From an uncultured Rhizobium sp. (GTDB taxonomy: Bacteria; Bacteroidota; Bacteroidia; NS11-12g; UBA955), in the NCBI GenBank assembly GCA_964527775.1, contig CAZGQS010000005.1, positions 2,745-66,744 of the forward strand: DNA of 64,000 bases, read 5' to 3'. This document shows, in pieces, positions 36,445 through 46,931 of this stretch. The position numbers were made by a program, and so were the translations under genes. The stretch's first letter is position 1, and the number at the start of each line of letters is the position of its first letter. A model generated the notes under the pieces. It made no database searches, was not told the origin of the DNA, and worked only from the letters and a program-made list of their open reading frames with translations.

Positions 36445-37197
36445 ATGAAACCTAATTATACATTTTTTGCTTTGTCAGCGGTGTTGGCATTAGCAAGTTG
36501 CGGAGGTGATATTGACGCAAGCAAAAACCCTTCTACTTCATTAGATTCTTTCAGTTACTCGGTGGGAGTTGATTTGGCCAAGAATTTTAAAAATCAAGCC
36601 ATCACTGAAATCGATTTTGGATCTTTGGTTAGAGGTATTCAAGACGGATTAGCAAAAGATAGCGGATTTGCTATTTCTGAAGAAAAACTTCAAGATGTAC
36701 AACGCAGCTACGTTACCTCTATTCAGGCGAAAAGAATGAAAGAGATTCAACAAGAAACCAAAGAAATTTTAACTGCATTTGGTAAAGAATCTGGGGTAAC
36801 ACAATTGCCAAGCAAAGGATATTACAAACAAATCAAAGCGGGTAACGGTCCATCTCCACAATCATACGATACCATTGAGTGTAGATTCATTGCCAAAGAC
36901 GGCAAGGGAAAAGTATTGTTTGAAAATACCAAAGAGCCTGCTCCATTTAGAGGTGTGGTTACATCATTGAATTTGTTACCCTTGGAAGAGGCATTGATGA
37001 AAACAGCCGCTGGCGGAAAATTCCAAGTGAAATTATCGAATGAATTGAATCCTGTAATGGCTCGTTCTTCTCGTTCTTTTGATGCCATGTATGGAATCAC
37101 TGATTTTGAAGTTGAATTGATCAGTGTTAAAGCCGGATTGCCTCCTGCGCCAGGTGCAACAGCACAAGGCCCTGCTCAAGCAAACGGCCCGCAATAA
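36445..37197 (+). CDS. FKBP-type peptidyl-prolyl isomerase lipoprotein (FkpA/Mip-like)
   Basis: Lipobox ALASCGG, an FKBP_N-like region (DSFSYSVGVDLAKNF) and a divergent FKBP domain. I place the start at ATG 36445 rather than the track start 36391, which overlaps the ABC-F gene. Confidence 0.6.
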   Translation: MKPNYTFFALSAVLALASCGGDIDASKNPSTSLDSFSYSVGVDLAKNFKNQAITEIDFGSLVRGIQDGLAKDSGFAISEEKLQDVQRSYVTSIQAKRMKEIQQETKEILTAFGKESGVTQLPSKGYYKQIKAGNGPSPQSYDTIECRFIAKDGKGKVLFENTKEPAPFRGVVTSLNLLPLEEALMKTAAGGKFQVKLSNELNPVMARSSRSFDAMYGITDFEVELISVKAGLPPAPGATAQGPAQANGPQ

Positions 37198-37264
37198 TTT
37201 GCCATTGAATTCAATGCGTTGAAATGCATTGAAATTGGCACGATTTTTTCTTGTTAATTAACAC

Positions 37265-37272
37265 TAACTTTG
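37265..37272 (+). promoter_or_regulatory. Candidate -7 promoter box (TAACTTTG)
   Basis: It matches TAnnTTTG. It overlaps the track TTG start at 37270, which suggests the real start is ATG 37282 (MKKLQK). Confidence 0.4.
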
Positions 37273-40200
37273 TTAATGTCAATGAAAAAATTGCAAAAAA
37301 TAGCCTCTTCAATTGCAGTTTTTTGCACTTTTTGCCAATTATTTTTAACTATAAATACTTTGAAAGCCCAGTGTAATGCTGGGTTTTCTTATGATACGCT
37401 CCTTTGCACGGTAAAAAATATCTCGTTTTCAGCCAATTCATCTGCTAGCGGACTCAAGTATCAATGGGAGTTTGGCGATCCAGCCTCAGGCGCACTGAAC
37501 ACCGATACTTTAAAAAACACGAAGCATTCTTTCAATAAACGAGGAACCTATCTGGTTACTCTCATTGTGACCAATTCTTCGGGTTGCCGCGATTCTGTTT
37601 CCAAATCAATCACGGTTTATAAAAATCCAGGTGCTCAGTTCAGTTATTCGAATGCATGTGCGGGATTAAAAACATCCTTCGAAAATAAAAGTACGGGCGA
37701 TTCCATTGATAAAATCAAGTCGTATTTTTGGAATTTCGAATCAGGCAGTACGAGCAGTGATTCCTCTCCAAGTCATTCTTTCAGCTCCACAGGGTCTAAA
37801 ACGGTAAAATTAAGGGTTGAATCTAAGTCGGGCTGCAAAGATTCGTCATCGGTGGTCATTCAAGTTTTTGATAAGCCATCTGCTACACTCGCAGGTAAGA
37901 AAGTATGTCAAAATAGTACATTTACATTTTCTGCCGATTCTAAAACTGGAGCAAGCGCTTACACATGGAACTTTGGTGATAGCTCCAATTATACCCAGCA
38001 AAATGTGAATCACGTGTATCAGAAATTGGGATGGATGAAACCTTCGCTTACGGTAACATATACATCTACAAAATGCGTAATTCTTCTCGATTCAATCAAA
38101 GTCAATCCGTTACCCAATGCCAATTTTGACATCGTAAATGATACCCAATGTTTTAATGGGAATGAAGTTTGTGTAAAGCTCAAACACGACCAGAGCATCA
38201 CAAAACGTAACGTCATTTTCGATGATGGTTTTAACGATGATTTTTCATCCATCAAAGATTCCATCATTTGCCATAAATACATTGATAAAGATGGTGGGAC
38301 CTATAGCATTACCGTAGAGTTGACCGATTCTAATTCGTGTTCCAGGACGGTGAAAAAAGATTCAGTGGTGATCATTTATCCGCAGTTAAAAGCTTCTTTT
38401 TCTCATCCATCTTCTGTTGGATGTTTTGGATTAGGAGTTAAATTTCAAAATACGTCTAACAGAGATTCAGCTGCAGTAAAAACCACCACTTGGATTTGGG
38501 GAGACTCTTCGAGCAGCAATAAACCGTATTACAGACCGAGCCACGGATTTAACAAGGACGGAATTTTCTATGTAAAGTTGGCCTTGACGGATACATTTGG
38601 GTGTTCCGATACGTTTACTTCTCCCAATAAAATTCAAAACACTTCGTACGTTGTTGATGCTAAATTAGACTCTATTTCTAGTCAATGCGCTCGAAATAAT
38701 GCTACTTTTTTTCATCAGACGCCCATTACAGGAGCTTCTATTGTTTGGCAAATTCCTTATCAGTCTTATAGTTTCCAATTTTCTTATAATTACCGTACAC
38801 CGGGTATTTACAAGCCGCGGGTGACCATCAGTAAAAATGGGTGTGATAGCACGGTGATACTTGATTCAGTATTGATTAGAGGACCTGTTGCACGAATGAA
38901 TGTGGTGAATCAATTTCAGTGTCAGGTTAAAGACACCGTCTATTTTACCAATTCATCTAGTTCTTTTTATAATGGTTATTTGCAGTCTTATTGGGATGCG
39001 GGCGATCAATGGGCACCTAATTGTGTGATCAATCGAAAGGCCGGTCAAAACATTGGGAAGAACTGCAATTTTTCAAAAGATTCTCTCAATTTTAAGCACA
39101 GATATAAAGATGGAAAAGAAGGTTGCTATAACGCAAGGTTGATAGTTAAAGATACTGTGCATGGATGTGCTGATACCGCTTATGAGCCTTTGCCATTAAT
39201 GGCTCCCAAAGCCGCGGGTACCTTCACACCCAGCGATACCAATGCTTGTCCAGGTCCAGAGTTTTATAAAACCATTACCTTCGATTTGAACAAATCGGAA
39301 CCTGTATGCAAGAAGCTCAATTGGTGGGTGATGTGGGATTCATTGCAGGCCAGAAATACTTCAAATTTTGACAGCAATTGGATGCAAAACAGCATCAGTT
39401 ACAACTATAAGGTAGGCGTGCCTGTAGGAGACTCAAACGGTTATGTGAGTATTGGGTTGGTCATTGAGAATGGATCTGATACCGCTGGAAATGTTTGTAG
39501 AGATACAGCCTGGTATCACAAAGCTATAAAAGTAACCAAGTTGGATGCGAAATTCAATACTCAATTTGCAGATTCATTGCATTTTTGTCCTGGTGATTCC
39601 ATCTGGTTCAGGGTTAAAGACACTGCACAAGCTGCAGGAATAAAGTTTACTTGGGATTTTGGGGATTATAGAACACTGACTACTACCAGAGTGGATACAG
39701 TGAGACATGCCTACCAGAAGTCAGGTTCGTATTGGGTTCGATTGACAGCGGTACATCCCAACGGTTGCACCATTTACGAGGAACGGTATATTTCTATTGG
39801 GTTTAAACCCGAACTCTTCGTTAATAAAACTTTGATCTGCGCCAAATTAGATAGTTTTAGGTTGACAGAGAACACCAAATATTACCATTTGGAACAAAAT
39901 TCTGCGGGGATTTTCAGCAATCCACAGCGTTATCAAGCAAGTAAAGAACAAATTAAGTACGATTTAGGCGATGGTTCTGGCTATCAATATTTAGGCAAGA
40001 ATCCTGTGATTTCATACAACAAACCCGGTGTATATGCTATTTCTATGGCAGTAAAAGACAGTATGGGTTGCAGAGATACACTAAAAAATCACCTAATTCT
40101 TAATGTTTCAGGGGTTTATGCGGGGTTCAATTTGCCGTCTGATACGGTTTTATGTCCCCAAACCTTAAAAATAAACTCTACGGCCAAAGTGGCTGATACT

Positions 40201-43200
40201 TCGGGGGCTTCACTTTCGGGGGATGTAATCACGGGCTGGGAATACACGTTTGGAGGCACTTATCCCAAGAGTTTGTTCGAAAATCCGAATCGGTATTTTG
40301 CCACCGGCGATTATCCTATCGTTCAAATAGTGAGGAACAATAGAGGGTGTGTAGATACGGCTAGAAAACTCATGGTGGTTGTGGGTCCGGAGCCCAAGTT
40401 TAATTTTCTGTCGGATTCAGTAGGTTGCGAACCATTGAAGGTCAAATTTGACAATCTAAGTAAGAATGCAGATGAGTATATTTGGCGTTTTAATGACAAG
40501 AATAACAATGTATTAACCACCAAGAGCGACAGTAATGTAACGCTGAGTTTTCAAGGCTATGGGTTGTATTATCCGCAATTGGTTGCCCGAGGAACCTTTG
40601 TGATTAATGGAAATAGCAAGGTTTGTGAAGCCATTTATCCAGATACTTCTAAAACGCTAAAACGAACTGTAGAAGTATGGGAAAAGCCTAGGGCTAACAT
40701 GTTTTGGGTCACCAATTGCAGAAATTATACCACACAATTTTACGACATCACCAGTTTGAACACGGGTTATGTGGCTGAGAGTATGTGGACCTTCGGCGAT
40801 TCTTCCATGGGCAGCGATATACTTCACCCATTCAAGGCTTGGGGCGACACTGGTACGTATTCTGTGAGACATATTGTGATTTCAAATAAGGGCTGTGTTG
40901 ATACGGTAGACCGAACGGTGAAGGTGTCTCCACCACCAGTTGCTTATTTTAGTTTTACTTCTAGTTGCATTGGAGAGTCTACTCAGTTTTACGATTCTAC
41001 CGAAGCGTTCAATGATTATATAGATTACCGAAATTGGACCTTTGGAGATGGAAGTCAAAGCGGTGCATTGAATCCCTTGAAAACCTATGCAAATGATCAA
41101 AATTATTCGGTGAATTTGGTGGTTCGAAATTCGGCGGGGTGTTTTGATACAGCCACACGTGATGTGTTGATTTATTCCAGACCAGTTCCAAATTTTAGCG
41201 CTAGCAGTGTGTGTTTTGGGGACTCCACAAGGTTTTTAAATAGCAGTACATCCAAACAGGCCATAGACAGTATTTTATGGAGTTATGATGACTCTTCTTA
41301 TTTCGGGGGATGGCAGCAAAAACACAAGTATAAATATCCAGATAACTTCAGAGTCAAGCTCAAGTTAAGAACCATTCATGGTTGTAAAGACAGTGTATCG
41401 CGATGGGCTTTTGTTTACCATATACCTCAGGCAAAAATTCAATTCACGGCAGATTCTGTTCAGTGTTTTACTCAGCATGTTTTGAAAGCTCAAGATGTAT
41501 CTACTGTAAAAGTAGGTTCCACAACCTCGAGATGGCAATTGGGTAATGTGAATCCTTTTGCCAACTATACCACTACCAACATTTCGCACCGGTTTAATGA
41601 CACAGGAACTTATGCAATGCGGTTAATTTCGGTTTCGAATTATGGGTGTAGAGATACGGTATTTAGTAAATTTAAGATTTTACCGTCGGTCGTGCCCAAT
41701 TTTAGCATTAACCAAGATTGGCAATGTTTTAGAGGTAATGAGTTTATATTCAGTGATTTATCGTCCATCAAAAAAGGAAGTTTCACCGCTCAATGGACCT
41801 ACAGCGATGGCACTCAAAGCAATGTAATTAATTCTAGTGGGAGCGTTAAGCATTCCTATAAGGATACAGGTTATCAGTGGGCTATGCTGCGAACTCTAAC
41901 TGATCAGGGATGCTCCGATACGCTGTTTAAATCGGTGCGATTGCTTCCAATGCCTAAAGCGAATTTTAACATTAATGATTCAATTCAATGCATTAAAAAT
42001 CAATACTTTGAATTTGCAAATGCATCGTCGATTTTCTGGGGCAATCTGTCGTATTTATGGAGTCTAGGTAACAATGTTCAATCTACTTTGACTTCGCCAA
42101 CGGCCAATTATCCCGATACTGGATACTGGAATGTTCGGTTGATTACTACTTCTGCGTTTCAATGTAGAGATACCGTTCACAAGCGCGTGAACGTGGTGGA
42201 TATGCCCGTTCCGAAGTTCAGCATCAACGACAGTAGCCAATGCTGGAAACAGAATCAGTTTAAATTCACCAACAACAGCACCGATTCTAGAGGCGGAATA
42301 AAAGCGTATTGGAGTTTTGGCGATGGAACTGGAGATTCAGGTACTTCCGTAAGTCATATCTATGCTAATTATGGAAATCGTTCGGTTCGACTGATTGCCC
42401 AAACCGTACACGGCTGTCGAGATTCATTGCGAAAAAATGTTTTTGTTAGGGCCATGCCATTGCCTGCATTTAGCATCAATGACAGTGATCAATGCATAAA
42501 TAACCAGCAATTTGTTTTTACAAATCAGTCTACTATTCCTGTTGGTTTAAGCTCAGTGAGTTGGAAATTCAAAGGCGATTCCCTTTTGAAAGGAAATTCA
42601 ATAGGCGTTCATTTTTCTAGAGATACAACATTTACTATGAGGCTGATTGCTGAAAGTGATTTTGGATGTATAGATTCTGTTGATCGCAAGATTGTGGTTT
42701 TTCCAAAGCCTACGCCACTTTTTGAAATTGTCAATGATTCGCAGTGTTTAAGCGGTAATCGTTTTGAATTTAAGTCCCTCAGCAAAATAAAATACGGATC
42801 CATGACCTATGATTGGGAATTTGGGGATGGAAATGGGATCACTAATTCTAATGCTCCGGTGCATAGTTTTGCGGCCGATGCACATTACCGAGTGAGGATG
42901 CTGGCTACAAGCAATAACGGCTGCAAGGATACCGTTTCAGCAGGGTTAAATGTTTGGCCCATGCCAATGGCTGATTTTACTTATAATGATTCAGCACAGT
43001 GTTTGGAGCAGAATTACTATAAATTCACCAATACTTCAAAGGTTAAGTTTGGAAGCATGACATATTGGTGGGATTTGGGCGAGGGCAGCATTGGCGATAC
43101 CTTTAACCTGACCTCCCCCGGTTATTTTTATTCGTATTCTGGATTTAAACGCGCATTTTTAAGAGCCAAGTCCAATCACGGTTGCATTGATACGGTCTCA

Positions 43201-45204
43201 CGTGTGGTGAGGGTAAATCCTATGCCCGTCCCCCGAATAGCAGTGAATGATTCTGAGCAATGTTTGTTCGGGAATAAATTTGATTTTCGAGCTCTGAGTT
43301 TTATTGACGAAGGAAGTATGACTTCGAAGTGGCTAATGATGGACGGTTTTGCAACGGCACAGAAGCAGTTTTCACATTCATTCAATAAAGATTCATTCTA
43401 TTGGGTGAAATTGATAGAAACTTCCGATCAAGGTTGTATTGATTCGGTTTCAAAGTGGGTGGTTACACATCCGCATCCCATCATAGAGTTTACCATCAAC
43501 GACACCTTGCAGTGTTTGAGGCAGAATCAATTCGATATTACCAATTATACCAGGGTGAAATACGGTCTTTCTTGGGGACAGTGGGATTTTGGGGACGGTA
43601 AATTGGATACGAATTATGAAGTGTCACACAAATACACCAAGCACGGAAGATATGCTATAACCATGCGTGCCATCACCAATCATGGATGTGCAGATACTGC
43701 GACTCAATGGGTGAGGGTAGGTGCTATGCCATCTGCTGATTTCTATACGAATGATCAGGGCCAGTGTTTCAGAGATCAAGATTTTATTTTTTTAAATCAA
43801 ACGAGTATTCTTGAAGGTACCTATGATTTAACTTGGAATTTCGGCGGGATTAAATTTGTGAATTCCAATCTTGACCAGAAATATACCTTTGCAGATACCG
43901 GTGGGCATTTTGTTAGGTTAGTGGCGGTTTCCGACTTGGATTGTATTGATTCTGTCGCACAATTTCTATTTGTCAATCCCAACCCCAAAAGTGTATTGCA
44001 AGTGAATGACAGCGATCAATGCATCAATAGTCAGAGTTTTGTTTTTACGGCTTCGAGCAACATCAGTCGAGGTAAAATCATTGCCCATCAATGGAACTTA
44101 GATGAGGGAGATGTGAGAATGAACGGTGGTTCAATAGAATCAAAAATGTATGTAAATTCTGGATTTAAAACCATTCGATTGGTGAATGTTTCAGATAGCG
44201 GTTGTATGGACAGTGCGAAGCAAGTGATTCGCGTCTATCCTCGTCCTACAGCCATTCTTGGTATTAATGACAGCGCACAATGTTTGTTTCAAAATCAATA
44301 CGTCTTCAATAATTTGAGCACTGATTCATTCAGTTTAATCAGGCAATGGTGGGATATCCATGGCGAAAAGTCTGAGATATTGCCTTTGGTTAATTACAAA
44401 TTTGATTCTCCTGGCTACAAGCGGATTTATTTGAATGTGGAGAGTTCTGTTGGATGTTTTGACTCTGTAAGTCGAGCTATTTTCGTGAAACCCATGCCAG
44501 ATCCTGTATTTGCACCTTTGAGGGAATATTATTGTGAGGGATCTGGGAATTATCCAATGCTTGCAATTGTTGCGGGAGGTGATTTCTACGGAAAGAATAT
44601 GGTTGGTAGTGATTTAATTCCAACGGTTTTATGGAAGGATACTATAAAATATGTAGTTTCTGTAAATGGTTGCACAGATAGTTCCAGTCAAACTACGTGG
44701 ATTTATCCGTATCCAAGGGTGAATTTGGGGGCGGATAGTATTTTGTGTAAAGATGAACTGTTAGAGTTGAGCATTGACAATTGGAATACCCAATACACTT
44801 GGGATGACGGAAGTAGACTGCCATCTCGAAGAATAGTTAAGCCGGGACTGTATTGGGTAACTGCTACCAATATTTGTGGTGTGGCTACAGATAGTATTAA
44901 TATTGTTTTTAGAGACCACAATTGCCGGGTATATTGTCCAACGGCGTTTACACCAAATGCAGATGGTAGGAATGAATATTTTAGGCCCATTGTGTATGAT
45001 GTTGAGGAATTGACTTATACCATTTACAGCAGATGGGGCGAGAAGTTGTTTGAAGGCACGAAAGACGATGAAGGTTGGGACGGTAGTTTCGGTGGTTTAC
45101 TTGTTCAGTCAGGCAGTTATATCATCATGTACAGTTATAAATATAAGAGTGGAACAAGGTCATTGCGGGGTTCAGAGCAGGTGGTATTTCACCTTTTGCG
45201 TTAA
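37270..45204 (+). CDS. Giant surface protein: signal peptide, ~27 PKD-like repeats, T9SS type B (gliding-motility-associated, CHU_C-like) C-terminal domain
   Basis: The repeat unit F..ND..QC...F.F.N.S...W.FGDG...H.Y...G...V.L......GC.D recurs about 27 times. The C-terminal CPTAFTPNADGRNEYFRP...GWDGSFGG is the type B sorting domain. The probable true start is 37282. Confidence 0.9.
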   Translation: MLMSMKKLQKIASSIAVFCTFCQLFLTINTLKAQCNAGFSYDTLLCTVKNISFSANSSASGLKYQWEFGDPASGALNTDTLKNTKHSFNKRGTYLVTLIVTNSSGCRDSVSKSITVYKNPGAQFSYSNACAGLKTSFENKSTGDSIDKIKSYFWNFESGSTSSDSSPSHSFSSTGSKTVKLRVESKSGCKDSSSVVIQVFDKPSATLAGKKVCQNSTFTFSADSKTGASAYTWNFGDSSNYTQQNVNHVYQKLGWMKPSLTVTYTSTKCVILLDSIKVNPLPNANFDIVNDTQCFNGNEVCVKLKHDQSITKRNVIFDDGFNDDFSSIKDSIICHKYIDKDGGTYSITVELTDSNSCSRTVKKDSVVIIYPQLKASFSHPSSVGCFGLGVKFQNTSNRDSAAVKTTTWIWGDSSSSNKPYYRPSHGFNKDGIFYVKLALTDTFGCSDTFTSPNKIQNTSYVVDAKLDSISSQCARNNATFFHQTPITGASIVWQIPYQSYSFQFSYNYRTPGIYKPRVTISKNGCDSTVILDSVLIRGPVARMNVVNQFQCQVKDTVYFTNSSSSFYNGYLQSYWDAGDQWAPNCVINRKAGQNIGKNCNFSKDSLNFKHRYKDGKEGCYNARLIVKDTVHGCADTAYEPLPLMAPKAAGTFTPSDTNACPGPEFYKTITFDLNKSEPVCKKLNWWVMWDSLQARNTSNFDSNWMQNSISYNYKVGVPVGDSNGYVSIGLVIENGSDTAGNVCRDTAWYHKAIKVTKLDAKFNTQFADSLHFCPGDSIWFRVKDTAQAAGIKFTWDFGDYRTLTTTRVDTVRHAYQKSGSYWVRLTAVHPNGCTIYEERYISIGFKPELFVNKTLICAKLDSFRLTENTKYYHLEQNSAGIFSNPQRYQASKEQIKYDLGDGSGYQYLGKNPVISYNKPGVYAISMAVKDSMGCRDTLKNHLILNVSGVYAGFNLPSDTVLCPQTLKINSTAKVADTSGASLSGDVITGWEYTFGGTYPKSLFENPNRYFATGDYPIVQIVRNNRGCVDTARKLMVVVGPEPKFNFLSDSVGCEPLKVKFDNLSKNADEYIWRFNDKNNNVLTTKSDSNVTLSFQGYGLYYPQLVARGTFVINGNSKVCEAIYPDTSKTLKRTVEVWEKPRANMFWVTNCRNYTTQFYDITSLNTGYVAESMWTFGDSSMGSDILHPFKAWGDTGTYSVRHIVISNKGCVDTVDRTVKVSPPPVAYFSFTSSCIGESTQFYDSTEAFNDYIDYRNWTFGDGSQSGALNPLKTYANDQNYSVNLVVRNSAGCFDTATRDVLIYSRPVPNFSASSVCFGDSTRFLNSSTSKQAIDSILWSYDDSSYFGGWQQKHKYKYPDNFRVKLKLRTIHGCKDSVSRWAFVYHIPQAKIQFTADSVQCFTQHVLKAQDVSTVKVGSTTSRWQLGNVNPFANYTTTNISHRFNDTGTYAMRLISVSNYGCRDTVFSKFKILPSVVPNFSINQDWQCFRGNEFIFSDLSSIKKGSFTAQWTYSDGTQSNVINSSGSVKHSYKDTGYQWAMLRTLTDQGCSDTLFKSVRLLPMPKANFNINDSIQCIKNQYFEFANASSIFWGNLSYLWSLGNNVQSTLTSPTANYPDTGYWNVRLITTSAFQCRDTVHKRVNVVDMPVPKFSINDSSQCWKQNQFKFTNNSTDSRGGIKAYWSFGDGTGDSGTSVSHIYANYGNRSVRLIAQTVHGCRDSLRKNVFVRAMPLPAFSINDSDQCINNQQFVFTNQSTIPVGLSSVSWKFKGDSLLKGNSIGVHFSRDTTFTMRLIAESDFGCIDSVDRKIVVFPKPTPLFEIVNDSQCLSGNRFEFKSLSKIKYGSMTYDWEFGDGNGITNSNAPVHSFAADAHYRVRMLATSNNGCKDTVSAGLNVWPMPMADFTYNDSAQCLEQNYYKFTNTSKVKFGSMTYWWDLGEGSIGDTFNLTSPGYFYSYSGFKRAFLRAKSNHGCIDTVSRVVRVNPMPVPRIAVNDSEQCLFGNKFDFRALSFIDEGSMTSKWLMMDGFATAQKQFSHSFNKDSFYWVKLIETSDQGCIDSVSKWVVTHPHPIIEFTINDTLQCLRQNQFDITNYTRVKYGLSWGQWDFGDGKLDTNYEVSHKYTKHGRYAITMRAITNHGCADTATQWVRVGAMPSADFYTNDQGQCFRDQDFIFLNQTSILEGTYDLTWNFGGIKFVNSNLDQKYTFADTGGHFVRLVAVSDLDCIDSVAQFLFVNPNPKSVLQVNDSDQCINSQSFVFTASSNISRGKIIAHQWNLDEGDVRMNGGSIESKMYVNSGFKTIRLVNVSDSGCMDSAKQVIRVYPRPTAILGINDSAQCLFQNQYVFNNLSTDSFSLIRQWWDIHGEKSEILPLVNYKFDSPGYKRIYLNVESSVGCFDSVSRAIFVKPMPDPVFAPLREYYCEGSGNYPMLAIVAGGDFYGKNMVGSDLIPTVLWKDTIKYVVSVNGCTDSSSQTTWIYPYPRVNLGADSILCKDELLELSIDNWNTQYTWDDGSRLPSRRIVKPGLYWVTATNICGVATDSINIVFRDHNCRVYCPTAFTPNADGRNEYFRPIVYDVEELTYTIYSRWGEKLFEGTKDDEGWDGSFGGLLVQSGSYIIMYSYKYKSGTRSLRGSEQVVFHLLR

Positions 45205-45333
45205 GTTATGGTAGCATAACATTCGTCATTTTAGGTATAATTTCATAAGATAGAATAAGATTTAGTAGCACCTTCTGATGAGGAGTGTGTATGTGTTGGG
45301 GCTTATTTTAACTTTGATCTCAGGTGAATGAAA

Positions 45334-45384
45334 AAGGAGGGGCAACGGTTCTAGATTTGGTTAACCAGCCCCTTTCTTTTTTTT
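45334..45384 (+). terminator. Possible rho-independent terminator downstream of the giant gene
   Basis: AAGGAGGGGC...GCCCCTTTCTT forms a stem with an internal GGTT/AACC pairing and is followed by a T8 run. The loop is long, so confidence is moderate. Confidence 0.4.
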
Positions 45385-45409
45385 AGGAGTATCACTACGA
45401 GTTACACTG

Positions 45410-45724
45410 ATGATGAAAAGCAATAACAATCTAGAACAAGAAAATAGGGGTTCGAAAAATACCAGTCGAAAACTGAAACGCAATTCAGCGCTAGGAGTTT
45501 ATATATTTTCTTTTGTAGCGATGATAGCAGGGGTAATGAGTTCATTTTGGGTTACTTTATTAATTCAACCCGTTGCAATAGTCTCTCTCTATTATATCTA
45601 TGTTTTTAGGGGCCGTAAGATGTATCAAATTAACTCATTTCCTGTTGCCTATGCAATAGGAATTAGTTTACATATCTTACTGAGTTTACTGCTGTTTGTT
45701 TGGTTGGTAACATCTTCTGTTTGA
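45410..45724 (+). CDS. Possible small two-TM membrane protein
   Basis: It has two clear hydrophobic segments. However, it overlaps the 3' end of the convergent AraC-type gene by 76 nt, so it may not be real. Confidence 0.3.
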   Translation: MMKSNNNLEQENRGSKNTSRKLKRNSALGVYIFSFVAMIAGVMSSFWVTLLIQPVAIVSLYYIYVFRGRKMYQINSFPVAYAIGISLHILLSLLLFVWLVTSSV

Positions 45725-46911
45725 AGTTGTTGAATGATTTCATTTGGAGATAATGCCATGTGCTTTTTAAATGTACGTAACATGGTACTATTTGATCCAA
45801 AGCCAGCGGTTTCACCCAATGATTCAATGGTGTGTGAATGATGTTTATTTTGAGAGAGTAAGTTAATAACTTTAACCATTCGGATAAAATTTTTATATCC
45901 ATGAAAACCAAATTCCTGGTAATACCTAAATAAAAACTTCAAATGGTGTATAGGTATTCTCGTGTTTTTGCTTAATTGTTCCATGGTGAAATCATCACGG
46001 TTAAAATCTGCTTTCGAACACGCATATTCTTGTATGGTTTCCATGATCAATGTGAGATCAGTATTCTCAGTAAATTGATTTTGTTGGTTGATTGGGTTTT
46101 TCCAACCTGCAATTTCTAATTGGTAAGGGAAAATACTCGGAGCCATTTTTTTTGTTGATTTCCAATTAGGTAACCCAATTAGGATTTGTGGTTTGGACCA
46201 TACATATACCACCATCATCAACAAATACATATTTTTAACAATGAGGTGTTGAGTATTGGTGACGATAGCTTTATCTAGCCAAAACGCAGTTATTACCTCC
46301 TTGCAAAGTAAAAAATAAAACAATGTGTATGGTATTATTTGAAGCAGCACCCAAATTCCTGTTTCTCTTCCATGATTACCCAAAAAACTTCCTTGTGAAA
46401 TACCCCTAATAAAAATGCGGTAAATCATAAATAGATAAGGAAAAGCCATGATGACCCACAATGCATATAAATATTTTGCATGAACCAGCATCTTTAATTC
46501 TTGAACCGATTGATCATAAATAAATGCAGTTTGTGCAGTTGTTGGTTGTTGTTTGTAAATAGCGAAACTAATGAGCGCGATTAAAAACGCAATTATCCCA
46601 GGTGCGAAGTGCCAATAATGATTATTCTTCCATTGAAGTTCATCTGTGATTAGGGCTCTGTGATAAAGGAAAACACTTGCCGGGACCACAAATTGGAAAC
46701 CTACAAACAAGTAAAACGGGAAAACCGTAAAATCTAATACTTCTAAATTAATGATTCCCTGAGAAAAGTTTCTAACGCTAAGGGCAAAAATGATGATTGA
46801 AAGTAGTTTGGAAAGATAGGGGTTATCTCTTCCCGCAAAGAAGAGATAAACTGAGGCACTTAAACCAAGGGTAGCAATAAATAAGTTAATCCAATTTAGG
46901 CTTTCATGCAT
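45649..46911 (-). CDS. Membrane-anchored AraC-family transcriptional regulator (multi-TM N-domain plus C-terminal HTH)
   Basis: The N-terminal region has ~7 TM segments. The C-terminal AraC-type double HTH includes FTMEQLSKNTRIPIHHLKFLFR...ESLGETAGFGSNSTMLRTFKKH. Confidence 0.8.
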   Translation of the reverse strand: MHESLNWINLFIATLGLSASVYLFFAGRDNPYLSKLLSIIIFALSVRNFSQGIINLEVLDFTVFPFYLFVGFQFVVPASVFLYHRALITDELQWKNNHYWHFAPGIIAFLIALISFAIYKQQPTTAQTAFIYDQSVQELKMLVHAKYLYALWVIMAFPYLFMIYRIFIRGISQGSFLGNHGRETGIWVLLQIIPYTLFYFLLCKEVITAFWLDKAIVTNTQHLIVKNMYLLMMVVYVWSKPQILIGLPNWKSTKKMAPSIFPYQLEIAGWKNPINQQNQFTENTDLTLIMETIQEYACSKADFNRDDFTMEQLSKNTRIPIHHLKFLFRYYQEFGFHGYKNFIRMVKVINLLSQNKHHSHTIESLGETAGFGSNSTMLRTFKKHMALSPNEIIQQLQTEDVTNQTNSSKLSKICKLIPIA

Positions 46912-46931
46912 ATTTCGAATAAAACGTAAAG

